From Gaiellales bacterium (GTDB lineage Bacteria > Actinomycetota > Thermoleophilia > Gaiellales > JAICJC01), in NCBI GenBank assembly GCA_036258075.1, contig DATAEI010000143.1, positions 1-55,963 on the forward strand: a stretch of DNA of 55,963 bases, read 5' to 3'. The stretch's first letter is position 1; the number at the start of each line of letters is the position of its first letter. A model generated the notes under the pieces. That model had not been told where the DNA came from and searched no databases. It saw nothing but the letters and a program-made list of their open reading frames with translations. A program made the position numbers and the translations under genes. Below are positions 1-12,491 of the stretch, one piece after another.

Positions 1-353
1 AGCAGGAAGCGCATCGTGGGTAGGCCCGCGTCGGCGCCGTTCGGCGGCGGGAGCGGCACGGGCTCGAGCTCCGACACCCAGTCGTAGCTCAGGAACCCGA
101 CCGCGCCCCCGGCGAAGGGCGGCGCCCCGGCGGCGGGCCCAGGCTGGGACGCGGCGAACGCGGCCGCCTCCTCGAGCGTCCCGACGGCCGGGAGCCCCGC
201 CGCCAGGAAGGAGTAGCGGCCGACCTGCTCGCCGCGCTCGACCGATTCCAGCAGGAACGCCGGAGCGCCCAGCGCCTCGCGCAGGCGCAGGTAGGCGCCG
301 ACCGGCGTGATCAGGTCGGCGGGAAGCTCGCGGGTGTGGCGTTTCGGTGTCAT
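1..353 (-). CDS. trpE: anthranilate synthase component I, N-terminal part (gene runs off the window start)
   Basis: My own minus-strand translation from the ATG at 353-351 gives MTPKRHTRELPADLITPVGAYLRLREALGAPAFLLESVERGEQVGRYSFLAAG... This carries the conserved TrpE N-terminal signature (D..TP, FLLES, GRYSF). It is absent from the ORF track because it is open at the window edge. Confidence 0.8.
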   Translation of the reverse strand, partial: MTPKRHTRELPADLITPVGAYLRLREALGAPAFLLESVERGEQVGRYSFLAAGLPAVGTLEEAAAFAASQPGPAAGAPPFAGGAVGFLSYDWVSELEPVPLPPPNGADAGLPTMRFL

Positions 354-359
354 GCCATC

Positions 360-392
360 AAAAAAGCCCCTCGCCCGTGGGGCGGAGAGGCC
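360..392 (-). terminator. GC-rich hairpin plus T6 tract immediately upstream of the trpE ATG (candidate attenuator terminator)
   Basis: The minus strand reads gcctctccgccccacgggcgaggggcTTTTTTgatggcATG. Stem options are CGCCC/GGGCG or GCCCC/GGGGC, followed by six T. Confidence 0.5.
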
Positions 393-420
393 TGTGCGAA
401 GCGCGGATGCCGTGGCGTAG

Positions 421-477
421 CTAGCGGGCCGCACCTCGCTCGCGTCGCCACCACCACTGTCCGAAGGTCGTTTGCAC
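421..477 (-). CDS. trpL: trp leader peptide candidate, 18 codons with three consecutive Trp codons
   Basis: The minus strand reads GTG CAA ACG ACC TTC GGA CAG TGG TGG TGG CGA CGC GAG CGA GGT GCG GCC CGC TAG, giving VQTTFGQWWWRRERGAAR. It lies 67 nt upstream of the trpE ATG, with the hairpin and T-tract in between. Confidence 0.55.
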   Translation of the reverse strand: MQTTFGQWWWRRERGAAR

Positions 478-484
478 GGGCTTG

Positions 485-504
485 ACTATGCTGCATCGCC
501 GGTC

Positions 505-513
<9 letters not shown>
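485..513 (-). promoter_or_regulatory. candidate promoter for the trp leader: -35 TTGACT, 17-nt spacer, -10 CATAGT
   Basis: The minus strand reads TTGACTcatgaccggcgatgcagCATAGTcaagcccGTG. The -10 ends 7 nt before the leader GTG, so the leader may be leaderless. The -35 is half of an inverted repeat, CTTGACT(481-487)/AGTCAAG(508-514). Confidence 0.35.
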
Positions 514-1691
<1,178 letters not shown>

Positions 1692-1695
<4 letters not shown>

Positions 1696-2531
1696 CCCGG
1701 ACGGTCTGCGTCGTCGGCGCCGGGCAGATGGGGTCGGGCATCGCTCAGGTGGCGGCGGTCGCCGGCTTCGACGTCCGCCTCGTCGACGTGGCGCCGCAGC
1801 AGCTCGAGCGGGCCCGCTCCGGCATCGAGGGGTCGCTGGCCAAGCTGGTCGAGAAGGGCCGGGTCGAGGCCGCGGACGCCGAGGCCGCGCTTCGCCGGAT
1901 CGAGATAGCGGCGGAGCCGGGGCCGGCCGACCTCGCCATCGAGGCGGCGACCGAGGACGTCGACCTGAAGCTCCGGATCTTCCGCGACCTCGACGCCGCG
2001 GCCGGCGACGGCGCCGTCCTGGCCTCGAACACGAGCTCCATCCCGATCACCCGCCTCGCGGCGGCGACGTCGCGCCCGGAGCGGGTGGTGGGCATGCACT
2101 TCATGAACCCGGGGCCGCTCATGCCGCTCGTCGAGCTGAACCGCGGGCTCGAGACGTCCGACGAGGCGGCGGCGGCCGTGCGGGCGGCGGCCGAGCGGAT
2201 GGGAAAGACGGTTGCCGAGTCGCGCGACTACCCCGGATTCATCGCGAACCGCATCCTCCTGCCCATGATCAACGAGGCGGTCTACTGCCTCATGGAGGGG
2301 GTCGGCGACCGCGAGTCGATCGACACCGTGATGAAGCTCGGGATGAGCCATCCGATGGGGCCGCTGCAGCTGGCCGACCTGATCGGGCTCGACACGTGCC
2401 TCGCGATCATGGAGGTGCTCCACGACGGCCTCGGCGACTCGAAGTACCGGCCCTGCCCGCTCCTGCGCTCGTACGTCGAGGCGGGCAGGCTGGGGCGGAA
2501 GGCCGGGCGCGGCTTCTATGAGTACGGCTGA
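1692..2531 (+). CDS. hbd: 3-hydroxybutyryl-CoA dehydrogenase
   Basis: [15 protein letters not shown] Rossmann motif and the C-terminal 3HCDH domain ([15 protein letters not shown]). The GTG start overlaps the thiolase stop (GTGA). The upstream part of track ORF 771..2531 is a shadow frame. Confidence 0.92.
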
Positions 2532-3273
2532 CCCGGACTGGTTCGAGGGCTTCTTCGACGCGGACTACCTCCAGTTCGTCGCCGACCGCTACCCGCCGGA
2601 GGCGACCGCGGCCGAGGTCGACGGCCTGGTGGAGGCGCTCGGGCTCGGCCCGGGCTCGCGCGTGCTCGACCTGGCCTGCGGCCACGGCCGCCACAGCGTC
2701 GAGCTGGCGCGGCGCGGCTGCGTCGTGACCGGCGTCGACCTGAGCGGGCCGTCGCTCGAGCTGGCTTCGGCCCGGGCTCGCGAAGCGGGCGTCGAGGTGC
2801 GCTTCGAGCTGGAGGACATGCGCCGCATCAGCTTCGAGGGCGAGTTCGACGCGGCGATCAACATGTTCACGGCGTTCGGCTACTTCGAGGACGACGAGAA
2901 CCGGCTGGTGCTGGAGCGGGTCGCAGCGGCGCTCGTGCCCGGCGGCGCCTTCGTGATCGAGATCGTGAACCCCGTCGCGGTGTTCGCCCGCTTCGAGGCC
3001 CGCGGCTGGCACACGCTCTCGGACGGCACGGTGATGCTCGAGGAGCGGGCCTATGACGCTCCCCGCGGGCGGTTCGAGACGTGCTGGACGTACGTGCGTG
3101 GCGGAGAGCGGCGCGAGCGCCGGTTCTCGCACAGGGCCTACACCGCGCCCGAGCTGGCGGCGATGTCGAGCGCGGCCGGCCTGGTCGTCGAGCGCATGTG
3201 GGGCGGCCTCGACGGCTCGGAGCTCGAGATGGGCTCGCGCCGGATCGTCATGCTCGCCCGGAAGCCGGGGTGA
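2518..3273 (+). CDS. class I SAM-dependent methyltransferase
   Basis: [19 protein letters not shown] motif [13 protein letters not shown] and a typical length of 251 aa. Confidence 0.8.
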   Translation: MSTADPDWFEGFFDADYLQFVADRYPPEATAAEVDGLVEALGLGPGSRVLDLACGHGRHSVELARRGCVVTGVDLSGPSLELASARAREAGVEVRFELEDMRRISFEGEFDAAINMFTAFGYFEDDENRLVLERVAAALVPGGAFVIEIVNPVAVFARFEARGWHTLSDGTVMLEERAYDAPRGRFETCWTYVRGGERRERRFSHRAYTAPELAAMSSAAGLVVERMWGGLDGSELEMGSRRIVMLARKPG

Positions 3274-3304
3274 ACCGTTGGCGTTCGGTCGCCGTCGAAG
3301 AGGC

Positions 3305-3736
3305 ATGCACCTCCGGTCGCTCGCAGCGCTTCTCGCCGCCGCCGTCCTCGCCGCAGGCTGCGGCCAGGCGGCCGGCGGCGGTGGCGCCAGCAGCGGGCCT
3401 CCGCCTTCCACGGCGCCGGGCACCGTCACGATCTCGGGCACCCTGCTCGCCACGACGTCCGCGCACACCGGCACCGGTGCGCCGCAGGAGGGCGTGAAGA
3501 TCGGGATCTTCACGCGCCCGTACTCGACCGCGGGCCCGGTCGCGGTCGACCCGCCCGAGCCGATCGCGACCGTGATGACGGACGCCGACGGCCGTTTCGC
3601 CGTCGAGCTTCCCGGCACCCGCGCCCGCTACTTCGTGTCGGCGATGGACGCGCGCGGCTACGCGCCCGGGCGGTGGGCGAAGCCCGGCGTTCCCGTGAAG
3701 CTCACCGCCTGCACGGACTGCGCCATCCCGCTCTGA
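3305..3736 (+). CDS. lipoprotein with a carboxypeptidase-regulatory-like fold
   Basis: Signal peptide with lipobox LAAGC, then VTISGTL...TDADGRFAVELP, which is typical of CarboxypepD_reg-like domains. The start is the internal ATG of track ORF 3053..3736. Confidence 0.55.
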   Translation: MHLRSLAALLAAAVLAAGCGQAAGGGGASSGPPPSTAPGTVTISGTLLATTSAHTGTGAPQEGVKIGIFTRPYSTAGPVAVDPPEPIATVMTDADGRFAVELPGTRARYFVSAMDARGYAPGRWAKPGVPVKLTACTDCAIPL

Positions 3737-3740
3737 CCCT

Positions 3741-4949
3741 CTAGCGCGCCGGCGCGGCGATCGTGACGACCTCCGCCTCGGCCGCCACGACGGCCGCCGG
3801 CTCGAGCCACCGCCGGGCCGTGACGGCGCCCGCCGCCGCGACGACGGCCGACATCACCCACACCGCGTCGTAGCCCGTGCGCTCGATTGCGAAGCCGGCG
3901 ATCGGCGCGGCCAGCGAGCCCATCCCGAAGACGACGGTCGAGGCCACGCCGACGGCCCGGCCGGCCCGCGACGGCCCGGCCAGCTCGCCCGCGAGCAGAT
4001 AGAGCACGCCGTTCATGCCGAACGCCCCGAACGCGACGACGACGCCGAACCCGAGCGCGGCCGTCGGGGCGGCCGCGAGCACGAACGGCATGACGCAGGT
4101 CGCGGCCACGGTCAGGATCCCGATCTCGGTGAGGGTGCGCGCCCGGCGCGTGCCTCCGCCGCCGTCGGCGACCCGGCCCCAGACGATCCGCGAGAGGGCG
4201 GCGGTGATGTTGAGCGCGGCGAACCCGGCCGCGGCCTCGGCGTGGGAGAGGCCCGAGTCGCGAAGCGCCCCGACGTAGTGCGCCAGGATCGCCCCCAGCG
4301 CGAGCACGTAGAGGAGGCCGACCGCGAGGAGGGGCTTGAACCCGGGGATGCGAAGGACGGCCGCGACGCTCTGGCCCGCTCGGCTCGTGGCCGCCGGGCG
4401 GTCGTCCGAGACGACCGCGAACGCGAGCGCCGTCACGGCCGCGGCCAGGCCGGCGCCGGCCATCGCCAGGCGGACGCCGCCGACCGCGGCCAGCGCCGGC
4501 AGGATCGCCGCGCCGAGCGTCCCACCGAGCGGAACGCCGAGCTGGCGCCAGCCCATCGCCATGCCGCGCTGCGCCGGCTCGAACACCCGCAGGAGGGCCG
4601 TCATCCCGGCGACAGGGACGGCGGCCCCGCCGATCCCGGCCAGGACGAGTGCGGCGGCGAACGTCTGGGCCGTGCCGGCGGCCGCCGCGAGCAGGAGCCC
4701 GATGCCGTTCACGATGCCGCCGACGACGAGCACCCGCCGCCCGCCGAACCGGTCGACCAGCGCGCCGGCGGGGATGAGCGCCGCGGCGGAGCCGAGCCCG
4801 ACCGCGGCGAAGACCGCGCCGAATCCCGCGGGGCCGAGGTCGAACCGGTGCCGGATCTCCGCGCCGATGGCGGGGAGCCCGAACGTGATCATCGAGAACG
4901 CGGCCTGGGAGGCCACCGCGAGGACGAGGATCGTGCGCTGCCGGCTCAT
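3741..4949 (-). CDS. MFS transporter
   Basis: 402 aa, roughly 12 hydrophobic segments, and the MFS loop motif DRFGGRR. Confidence 0.8.
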   Translation of the reverse strand: MSRQRTILVLAVASQAAFSMITFGLPAIGAEIRHRFDLGPAGFGAVFAAVGLGSAAALIPAGALVDRFGGRRVLVVGGIVNGIGLLLAAAAGTAQTFAAALVLAGIGGAAVPVAGMTALLRVFEPAQRGMAMGWRQLGVPLGGTLGAAILPALAAVGGVRLAMAGAGLAAAVTALAFAVVSDDRPAATSRAGQSVAAVLRIPGFKPLLAVGLLYVLALGAILAHYVGALRDSGLSHAEAAAGFAALNITAALSRIVWGRVADGGGGTRRARTLTEIGILTVAATCVMPFVLAAAPTAALGFGVVVAFGAFGMNGVLYLLAGELAGPSRAGRAVGVASTVVFGMGSLAAPIAGFAIERTGYDAVWVMSAVVAAAGAVTARRWLEPAAVVAAEAEVVTIAAPAR

Positions 4950-4976
4950 GCGCTCACCGTAGCCGAGGGCCGCGGC

Positions 4977-5021
4977 GAGACCGCCATTTGGCGGCCGGGG
5001 TCACGAGACCGCCAAATGGCG
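4977..5021. promoter_or_regulatory. duplicated palindromic motif GAGACCGCCA(T/A)3GGCG upstream of the MFS gene
   Basis: gagaccgccatttggcgg (4977-4994) and gagaccgccaaatggcg (5005-5021). Each contains CGCCA-nn-TGGCG. Together 4982-4994 and 5009-5021 can also form a perfect 13-bp stem. Confidence 0.35.
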
Positions 5022-5070
5022 TCGAGCCGGTTAGGCGGGTGACGCCGAGGCGCCACCCGCCGGGAGTCGG

Positions 5071-5520
5071 TCAGGCCGCGAGCCGGTGCCGCAGGCCGCC
5101 GCCGAGGTAGACGCGGCGGCTCACGCGGATGGCGTCGTCGATGCGGCGCCGGAGCGTGACGGTGTTCATGGGCTCGTCGGGGTCGACCATGACGGCGGGG
5201 GTCGCGTCGAGGACGTCGCACGCGGCGAGGGCGACGGTCACCATGGCCACGTCGGCGTCGTCCAGGCCGGCGTCGAAGACGAGGGCATCGGGCTTCATGT
5301 CGCTCACGAGCCCGAGGGCCTCCTCGGCGTCGCGGGCGACGGCGACGTGGTAGTGGTCGGCGACCGCGCGCCGAACCATGGTGAGGGTGAGGGGGTCGCG
5401 GTCGATCACAAGGACGGTGGCACGCGCCCCGAGGGGGGTGATCCGAGCCAGGGGGCTCGGCTCGACGACGTCGCCCTCGGCGGGCATGTCGTTCGCGATT
5501 CGGTGGGTCAGGCCGTACAT
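5071..5520 (-). CDS. stand-alone receiver (REC)-like domain protein, atypical
   Basis: VLVIDRDP...DALVFDAGLDD resembles the response-regulator acidic pocket and phospho-acceptor region. The T/K positions are not evident. GC3 is high and AGGAGGA precedes the ATG. Confidence 0.5.
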   Translation of the reverse strand: MYGLTHRIANDMPAEGDVVEPSPLARITPLGARATVLVIDRDPLTLTMVRRAVADHYHVAVARDAEEALGLVSDMKPDALVFDAGLDDADVAMVTVALAACDVLDATPAVMVDPDEPMNTVTLRRRIDDAIRVSRRVYLGGGLRHRLAA

Positions 5521-5678
5521 CGGGGTTGATCCTCCTGGAGCGGGGAGTCGGGTTGGAGCTGCACCGTCCGTGGTAGGCCCAGTGATCGCCTCCTTACATT
5601 TTCATAATGAAACCCTTACGGGGGAATTGCAGATGCCCCCGGAAGGGGCACGCCGGCGTCATGCTCTACGCTGTGTGC

Positions 5679-6266
5679 ATGCGGCTGGATCGCATCTACA
5701 CGCGGGCCGGGGACGCCGGGCAGACCTCGCTCGGCGACGGCGAGCGGGTGTCCAAGAACGACGCCCGGATCTGGGCCTACGGCACGGTCGACGAGACCGG
5801 GGCGGCCATCGGCGCGGCGGTCGCGGGCGGGCTTGCCGACGACGTCGCCGATCTCCTGCGCCGCGTCCAGAACGACCTCTTCGACGTCGGCGCCGACCTG
5901 TCGGTGCCCGAGGGCACGACCCGCGGCAAGGGCAAGAGCCGGCTTCGCATCGGCGAAGCCCACGTGACGGCGCTCGAGGAGGCATGCGACCGCTACTCCG
6001 ACACGCTCGAGCCGCTCGAGAGCTTCGTCCTGTCCGGCGGCACGCCGGCGGCGGCCGCGTTGCACGTGGCCCGCACGACCTGCCGCCGTGCCGAGCGCTG
6101 CGCCGTGGCGCTGGCCGAGCACGACGACGTGAACGCGGCGGCGCTCGCCTACCTGAACCGCCTCTCCGACCTGCTCTTCATCCTGGCGCGGGTCGCGAAC
6201 GACGGCGGCCGGGCGGACGTGCTCTGGCAGCCGGGGGCCTCGCTCACCCCCGAGAGCAGCAGTTAG
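5679..6266 (+). CDS. PduO-type ATP:cob(I)alamin adenosyltransferase
   Basis: MRLDRIYTRAGDAGQTSLGDGERVSKNDARIWAYGTVDE matches the PduO/MMAB N-terminal signature. An alternative ATG lies at 5661. Confidence 0.88.
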   Translation: MRLDRIYTRAGDAGQTSLGDGERVSKNDARIWAYGTVDETGAAIGAAVAGGLADDVADLLRRVQNDLFDVGADLSVPEGTTRGKGKSRLRIGEAHVTALEEACDRYSDTLEPLESFVLSGGTPAAAALHVARTTCRRAERCAVALAEHDDVNAAALAYLNRLSDLLFILARVANDGGRADVLWQPGASLTPESSS

Positions 6267-6287
6267 AGCGCTCAGCATAATACCGGT

Positions 6288-6296
6288 TGCTATAGT
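6288..6296 (+). promoter_or_regulatory. extended -10 element TGCTATAGT directly upstream of the ATPase ATG
   Basis: An AT-rich island in a GC-rich spacer. The -10 ends 6 nt before the ATG at 6303, which implies a leaderless or near-leaderless transcript. Confidence 0.35.
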
Positions 6297-6302
6297 TTGC
6301 TG

Positions 6303-7474
6303 ATGGCGGGCGTGCACGAGAATCCGTTCCGGTACGGCGACGTCGTCTCGGGAACGCAGTTCACCGACCGGGAGGCCGAGATCGCGGCGCTCCGCGCCGA
6401 CGTCGAGAGCGGCCAGAACGTCGTCGTCATCGCGCCCCGGCGCACCGGCAAGAGCTCGCTCATGCGCGCGTGTGTCGAGGAGCTCCGCGACGCGGGCGTG
6501 CTCGTGGCCGAGTGCGACCTCTTCGCGGCCCCCGACAAGGGGCGGCTCGTGGAGCAGCTCACGACCGCGCTCTACCGCGGCCTGCTCTCGCCGTTCGAGC
6601 GCGCCGGCCGGCGCTCGCTCGACTTCCTGCGCCGGATGCCCGTCGCCCCGGTCGCGACGGTCGACCCCGAGGACGGGAGCCTGTCGTTCACGATGCCGCA
6701 GACGCTGCGCCGCGGGGACGTCGATGTCACGCTCGACCGGCTGCTGCGGCTCCCGGCGGAGATCGCCGCCGAGCGCGGCCGCCGGGTGGCGCTCGTCCTG
6801 GACGAGTTCCAGGAGGTGACGAGGATCGACCGCGACCTGCCCCGGGTCATGCGGGCCGTCTTCCAGCAGCAGCCCGAGGTCGCCCACGTCTACCTCGGGA
6901 GCCACCGGCACATGCTGCACCGGCTCTTCACCGAGCGGAACGAGCCGCTCTTCCGGAGCGCCAAGGTGATGGAGCTGGGCCCGATCGCGGCGGCCGACTT
7001 CGGCCCGTTCATCGCCGAGCGGTTCGCGGCCACGGGCCGGAGCATCAGTCCGGAGGCGGTGGAGCGCCTGCTCGGCATCACGGCCGGCCAGCCGTACGAC
7101 ACCCAGGAGCTCGCCCGGTTCCTGTGGGCGATCTCGGCGGAGCGGCCGGCCACGCCCGAGATGGTCGACGAGGCGTTCGGCCACGCGGTCATGGCCGAGT
7201 CCGCCCGCTGCGCCACGATCTGGGAGAGCCTCTCGCCCTACCAGCGGCTGGTGCTGCTCGCGGTGGCGGCGGAGGCCGGCCGGATCTACTCGGAGGAGTA
7301 CCGCCACCGCCACCGCCTGGGCCCGCCGGCCCGCGTGCAGAAGGCGGTCGAGGCGCTGGTCGAGCGCGACCTCGTCGAGGGCTCCACCCGTCCGGGCTAC
7401 ACGGTGCCCGACCCGTACCTGCGCGCCTGGCTCTCCGGGCGGGTGCGGACTCCACCGGCGCCGGTATCCTCCGG

Positions 7475-7478
<4 letters not shown>
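6303..7478 (+). CDS. P-loop ATPase of the Arch_ATPase/ATPase_2 (ORC-Cdc6-like) type with a C-terminal winged-helix-like region
   Basis: [22 protein letters not shown] start, Walker [11 protein letters not shown] and Walker B ALVLDEFQ. Its stop overlaps the mutase start (ATGA at 7475-7478). Confidence 0.7.
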
Positions 7479-9094
<1,616 letters not shown>

Positions 9095-9119
9095 GCCGAC
9101 CATCTAGGATCCTCGGCCA

Positions 9120-9437
9120 ATGGACGCGTGGAGCGTGGACGACATCGATGGAGAGCGGGCCGGGGCCGGCGAGCTCTACCGCGAGTTCCTGCGCGTCCAG
9201 AGCATGAGCGCGGGGCTCTACGTGCTCGAGGCCGGCGCGGCCGACCCGCAGTCGCCGCACGCCCAGGATGAGGTCTACTACGTCGTCTCGGGCCGGGGCC
9301 GCTTCACGTCGGGCGGCGACGAGCGGGCGGTCGAGGCCGGCGACGTCCTCTTCGTCCCCGCGCACGAGGAGCACCGCTTCCACTCGATCGAGGAGCGGCT
9401 CAGCCTGCTCGTCCTGTTCGCTCCGGCGGAGACGTGA
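9120..9437 (+). CDS. cupin domain protein
   Basis: 105 aa with a cupin-like core: HAQDEVYYVVSGRGRF...GDVLFVPAHEEHRF. Confidence 0.7.
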   Translation: MDAWSVDDIDGERAGAGELYREFLRVQSMSAGLYVLEAGAADPQSPHAQDEVYYVVSGRGRFTSGGDERAVEAGDVLFVPAHEEHRFHSIEERLSLLVLFAPAET

Positions 9438-9504
9438 GTGTGGCCGGCCTGAAACAGTGGTACCTGGTACGCGTGTTTCACGCCCCGGATAGACTCGGCC
9501 CCAT

Positions 9505-9903
9505 ATGAGTGGCCCCATCCGCGTGGTCGTCGCCAAGCCGGGCCTCGACGGTCACGATCGCGGCGCCAAGATCATCGCCCGGACGCTCCGTGACGCCGGG
9601 ATGGAGGTCATCTACACGGGCCTTCATCAGACCCCGGAGCAGATCGTCGAGACCGCCCTCCAGGAGGACGCGGACGCTGTCGGCATCTCGATCCTCTCCG
9701 GCGCGCACATGACGCTCGTCCCGCGCATCCTCGACCTCCTGAAGCAGAACGACGCCGAGGACGTGCTGGTGGTCGTCGGCGGCACGATCCCGGCCGAGGA
9801 CATCGCCGAGCTGAAGCAGCTCGGGGTCGCCCAGGTGTACACGCCGGGCGCGCCGACCGCCGAGATCGTCGAGTTCCTCCAGTCCGCCCTGGGAGCCGCG
9901 TGA
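9505..9903 (+). CDS. icmB: acyl-CoA mutase small (B12-binding) subunit
   Basis: [34 protein letters not shown] carries the DxHxxG cobalamin-binding motif. The protein is 132 aa. Confidence 0.87.
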   Translation: MSGPIRVVVAKPGLDGHDRGAKIIARTLRDAGMEVIYTGLHQTPEQIVETALQEDADAVGISILSGAHMTLVPRILDLLKQNDAEDVLVVVGGTIPAEDIAELKQLGVAQVYTPGAPTAEIVEFLQSALGAA

Positions 9904-10682
9904 TGGCCGGCGGCCTGCGCATCTCGGTGGACGATCGGGTTGCCGTCGTGACGATCGACCGGCCCGACGCCCTGAACGCCCTGAACACGGGGCTTCTCGA
10001 GGAGCTGCTGGCGACGCTCACCGACCTCGGCGGCGACCCCGGGATCGCGGTGATCATCCTGACCGGCGAGGGGGAGCGCTCGTTCATCGCCGGCGCAGAC
10101 ATCAAGGAGATGGCGGGCAAGACGCCGCTCGAGGCGCGCGCGTACTCCGAGCTCGGCCAGGAGATCGCCCACGTCCTCGAGACGATGCGCAAGCCCACCA
10201 TCGCCGCGATCAACGGCTACGCGCTCGGCGGCGGCTGTGAGATGGCGCTCGCCTGCGACGTCCGGCTGGCCTCCGAGAACGCCCACTTCGGCCAGCCCGA
10301 GATCAACCTCGGGATCATCCCCGGCTGGGGCGCCACCCAGCGCCTCGCCCGGGCGACCAACATCGGCTACGCCAAGGAGCTCATCCTGACCGGCCGCATG
10401 ATCGACGCCCGGGAGGCGCTCGACCGCGGGCTCGTCCAGCACGTCTACCCGGCGGCCGAGCTCATGCCGCGCGCGCTCGAGATGGCCCGGCTCATGGCGT
10501 CGAAGAGCCCCGTGGCGCTCTACTACGCCAAGGAGGCGTCGAACCGCTCGCTCCAGGGCGACATCGCCGGGAACCTCGTGCACGAGGCCGATCTCTACTC
10601 GATCATGTTCTCGACCGACGACGCCCGCGAGGGCCTGAACGCGTTCGTCGAGAAGCGCGAGGCGAGCTTCGTCGGCAAGTAG
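9900..10682 (+). CDS. enoyl-CoA hydratase (crotonase family)
   Basis: [24 protein letters not shown] and [17 protein letters not shown]. The start is GTG 9900 or ATG 9903 and overlaps the icmB stop. Confidence 0.9.
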   Translation: MMAGGLRISVDDRVAVVTIDRPDALNALNTGLLEELLATLTDLGGDPGIAVIILTGEGERSFIAGADIKEMAGKTPLEARAYSELGQEIAHVLETMRKPTIAAINGYALGGGCEMALACDVRLASENAHFGQPEINLGIIPGWGATQRLARATNIGYAKELILTGRMIDAREALDRGLVQHVYPAAELMPRALEMARLMASKSPVALYYAKEASNRSLQGDIAGNLVHEADLYSIMFSTDDAREGLNAFVEKREASFVGK

Positions 10683-10752
10683 CTCCCTGCCGCCCGGAGG
10701 CGCGTCCGTTGGTTACGCTGCCCGCCGGTCACGGGATGGAGGTATCGGCGCG

Positions 10753-11538
10753 GTGAACATCGCAGTGTGTGTGAAGGAGGTGCCGAGCGGGACGTCGCAC
10801 AAGCGGCTCGACCCGGCGACGAACCGGCTCGACCGGTCAGGCGACTCCGAGCTCAACCCCTTCGACCTGCACGCGCTGGAGGAGGCGGTGCAGATCCGCG
10901 AGGGCGGTGCGGACGTCGGCGAGATCATCGCCGTCTGCATGGGCCCGGCGTCGGCCCAGCGTGCGCTTCAGAAGGCGCTCGCGCTCGGCGCCGACCGGGC
11001 GGTGCTCGTGAGCGACGACTCGCTGGCGGGGTCGGACATCGCGGGCACGGCGCACGTGCTGGCGACCGTCCTCGCGAAGCTGGACGCAGACCTCGTCATC
11101 CTCGGCCAGCAGGCCGCCGATGCCGACTGCTACGTGATGGCCGCCGCAGTGGCCGACCACCTCGAGCGGCCGGTCGTGACGCAGGTCGCCGACCTCACGA
11201 TCGAGGGATCGGCCCTCCGCGCCAAGCGCCAGACCGAGCATGGCTACGACGTGGTCGAGGCGCCGCTTCCGGCGGTCGTCTCGGTGTCGGACGCCATCAA
11301 CACGCCCCGGCTTCCGTCCATCAAGGCGATCATGGGCGCCAAGAAGAAGCCGCTCGAGACGCTCTCTGCGGCCGACGCCGGCGTCGACGCCGGCCGGGTG
11401 GGGGAGGGCGGCGCGCAGAGCGTCGTCCGCTCGATCGCCCCGCCGGCGGCCAAGTCGGCCGGCGTCACAATCGAGGACTCCGGCGGCGACTCGGCCTCAC
11501 AGGTCGTCGAGCTGCTCTCCGGGAAGGGACTCATCTGA
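10753..11538 (+). CDS. etfB: electron transfer flavoprotein beta subunit
   Basis: MNIAVCVKEVP...LNPFDLHALEEAV and the ETF beta length. Confidence 0.92.
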   Translation: MNIAVCVKEVPSGTSHKRLDPATNRLDRSGDSELNPFDLHALEEAVQIREGGADVGEIIAVCMGPASAQRALQKALALGADRAVLVSDDSLAGSDIAGTAHVLATVLAKLDADLVILGQQAADADCYVMAAAVADHLERPVVTQVADLTIEGSALRAKRQTEHGYDVVEAPLPAVVSVSDAINTPRLPSIKAIMGAKKKPLETLSAADAGVDAGRVGEGGAQSVVRSIAPPAAKSAGVTIEDSGGDSASQVVELLSGKGLI

Positions 11539-12491
11539 TGGCCGGCGTCCTGGTCTACGTCCACCACGACGAGGGCGAGCTCTCGCCCCAGAGCCTCGGC
11601 GTCCTCGCCAAGGCCGCCGCGCTCGGCGGCGACGTCACCGCCTTCGTGGCCGGCTCCGGCATCGACGACTCCTGGGCCGGCTCGCTCGGCGGGCACGGCG
11701 CCTCCAAGGTGCTCGTCGCCGACGACCCCGCGCTCGCGGGCGGGCTGCCGCAGCCCATCGTCGACGCGATCGAGGCGTCCGCGCGCGAGGCCGACGCGAT
11801 CCTCTTCGGCGCCGGCGTGGTGTCGGCCGACGTCGCCGCCGGCCTGGCCGCGCGGATCGGCGCCGGCATCGCCTGCGAGGCGACCGAGATCGCCGCCGGC
11901 GACGGCGGGATCGTGGCGACCCGCCCGGCGCTCGGCGACACCGTCATGGTCGAGTCCGGCTTCCGCGGCACGGGCATCGTGCTGGCGCGCGCCAACGCCT
12001 TCCCGGTGAACGAGTCGCCCTCGGGCACCGCGCCGGTCGAGCGGGTGAGCGTCGAGGTGAAGCCGTGGTCGCAGGCCGCGAAGCCCGCCGGGCGCGAGAC
12101 GGCCGAGGCGGCCGGGGTCGACATCACCGAGGCGGACATCCTGGTCGCCGTCGGGCGTGGCATGGGCGGGCCCGAGAACGTGCCGCTCGTCGAGGAGCTG
12201 GCCAAGGCGATCGGCGGCGAGGTCGCCGCGACGCGGGCTGTCGTCGACGCCGGCTGGGTGCCGTACTCGATGCAGGTCGGCCAGACCGGAAAGACGGTCT
12301 CGCCAAAGCTCTACATCGCCTGCGGCGTCTCGGGCGCGATCCAGCACAAGGTGGGGATGGCGAACGCCGGCACGATCGTCGCGATCAACAAGGATCCCAA
12401 CGCTCCGATCCACGAGTTCGCGGACGTGAGCGTGATCGGCGACGCGCTGACGATCATCCCGAAGCTGACCGAGGCGCTCCGGAACCGCTAG
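11538..12491 (+). CDS. etfA: electron transfer flavoprotein alpha subunit
   Basis: ATG overlaps the etfB stop. C-terminal FAD motif: PKLYIACGVSGAIQHKVGM..IVAINKDPNAPI. Confidence 0.92.
   Translation: MAGVLVYVHHDEGELSPQSLGVLAKAAALGGDVTAFVAGSGIDDSWAGSLGGHGASKVLVADDPALAGGLPQPIVDAIEASAREADAILFGAGVVSADVAAGLAARIGAGIACEATEIAAGDGGIVATRPALGDTVMVESGFRGTGIVLARANAFPVNESPSGTAPVERVSVEVKPWSQAAKPAGRETAEAAGVDITEADILVAVGRGMGGPENVPLVEELAKAIGGEVAATRAVVDAGWVPYSMQVGQTGKTVSPKLYIACGVSGAIQHKVGMANAGTIVAINKDPNAPIHEFADVSVIGDALTIIPKLTEALRNR

Noticed and set aside
5521-5678. Possible cobalamin riboswitch upstream of the PduO adenosyltransferase / mutase cluster.
   Set aside because: I looked for a B12-box-like core and the usual multi-stem architecture. 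I found only a short GGGGG...CCCCC stem and an AT-rich promoter-like patch (ttacattttcataatg). The region is also short for that riboswitch class. A covariance-model scan would settle it.
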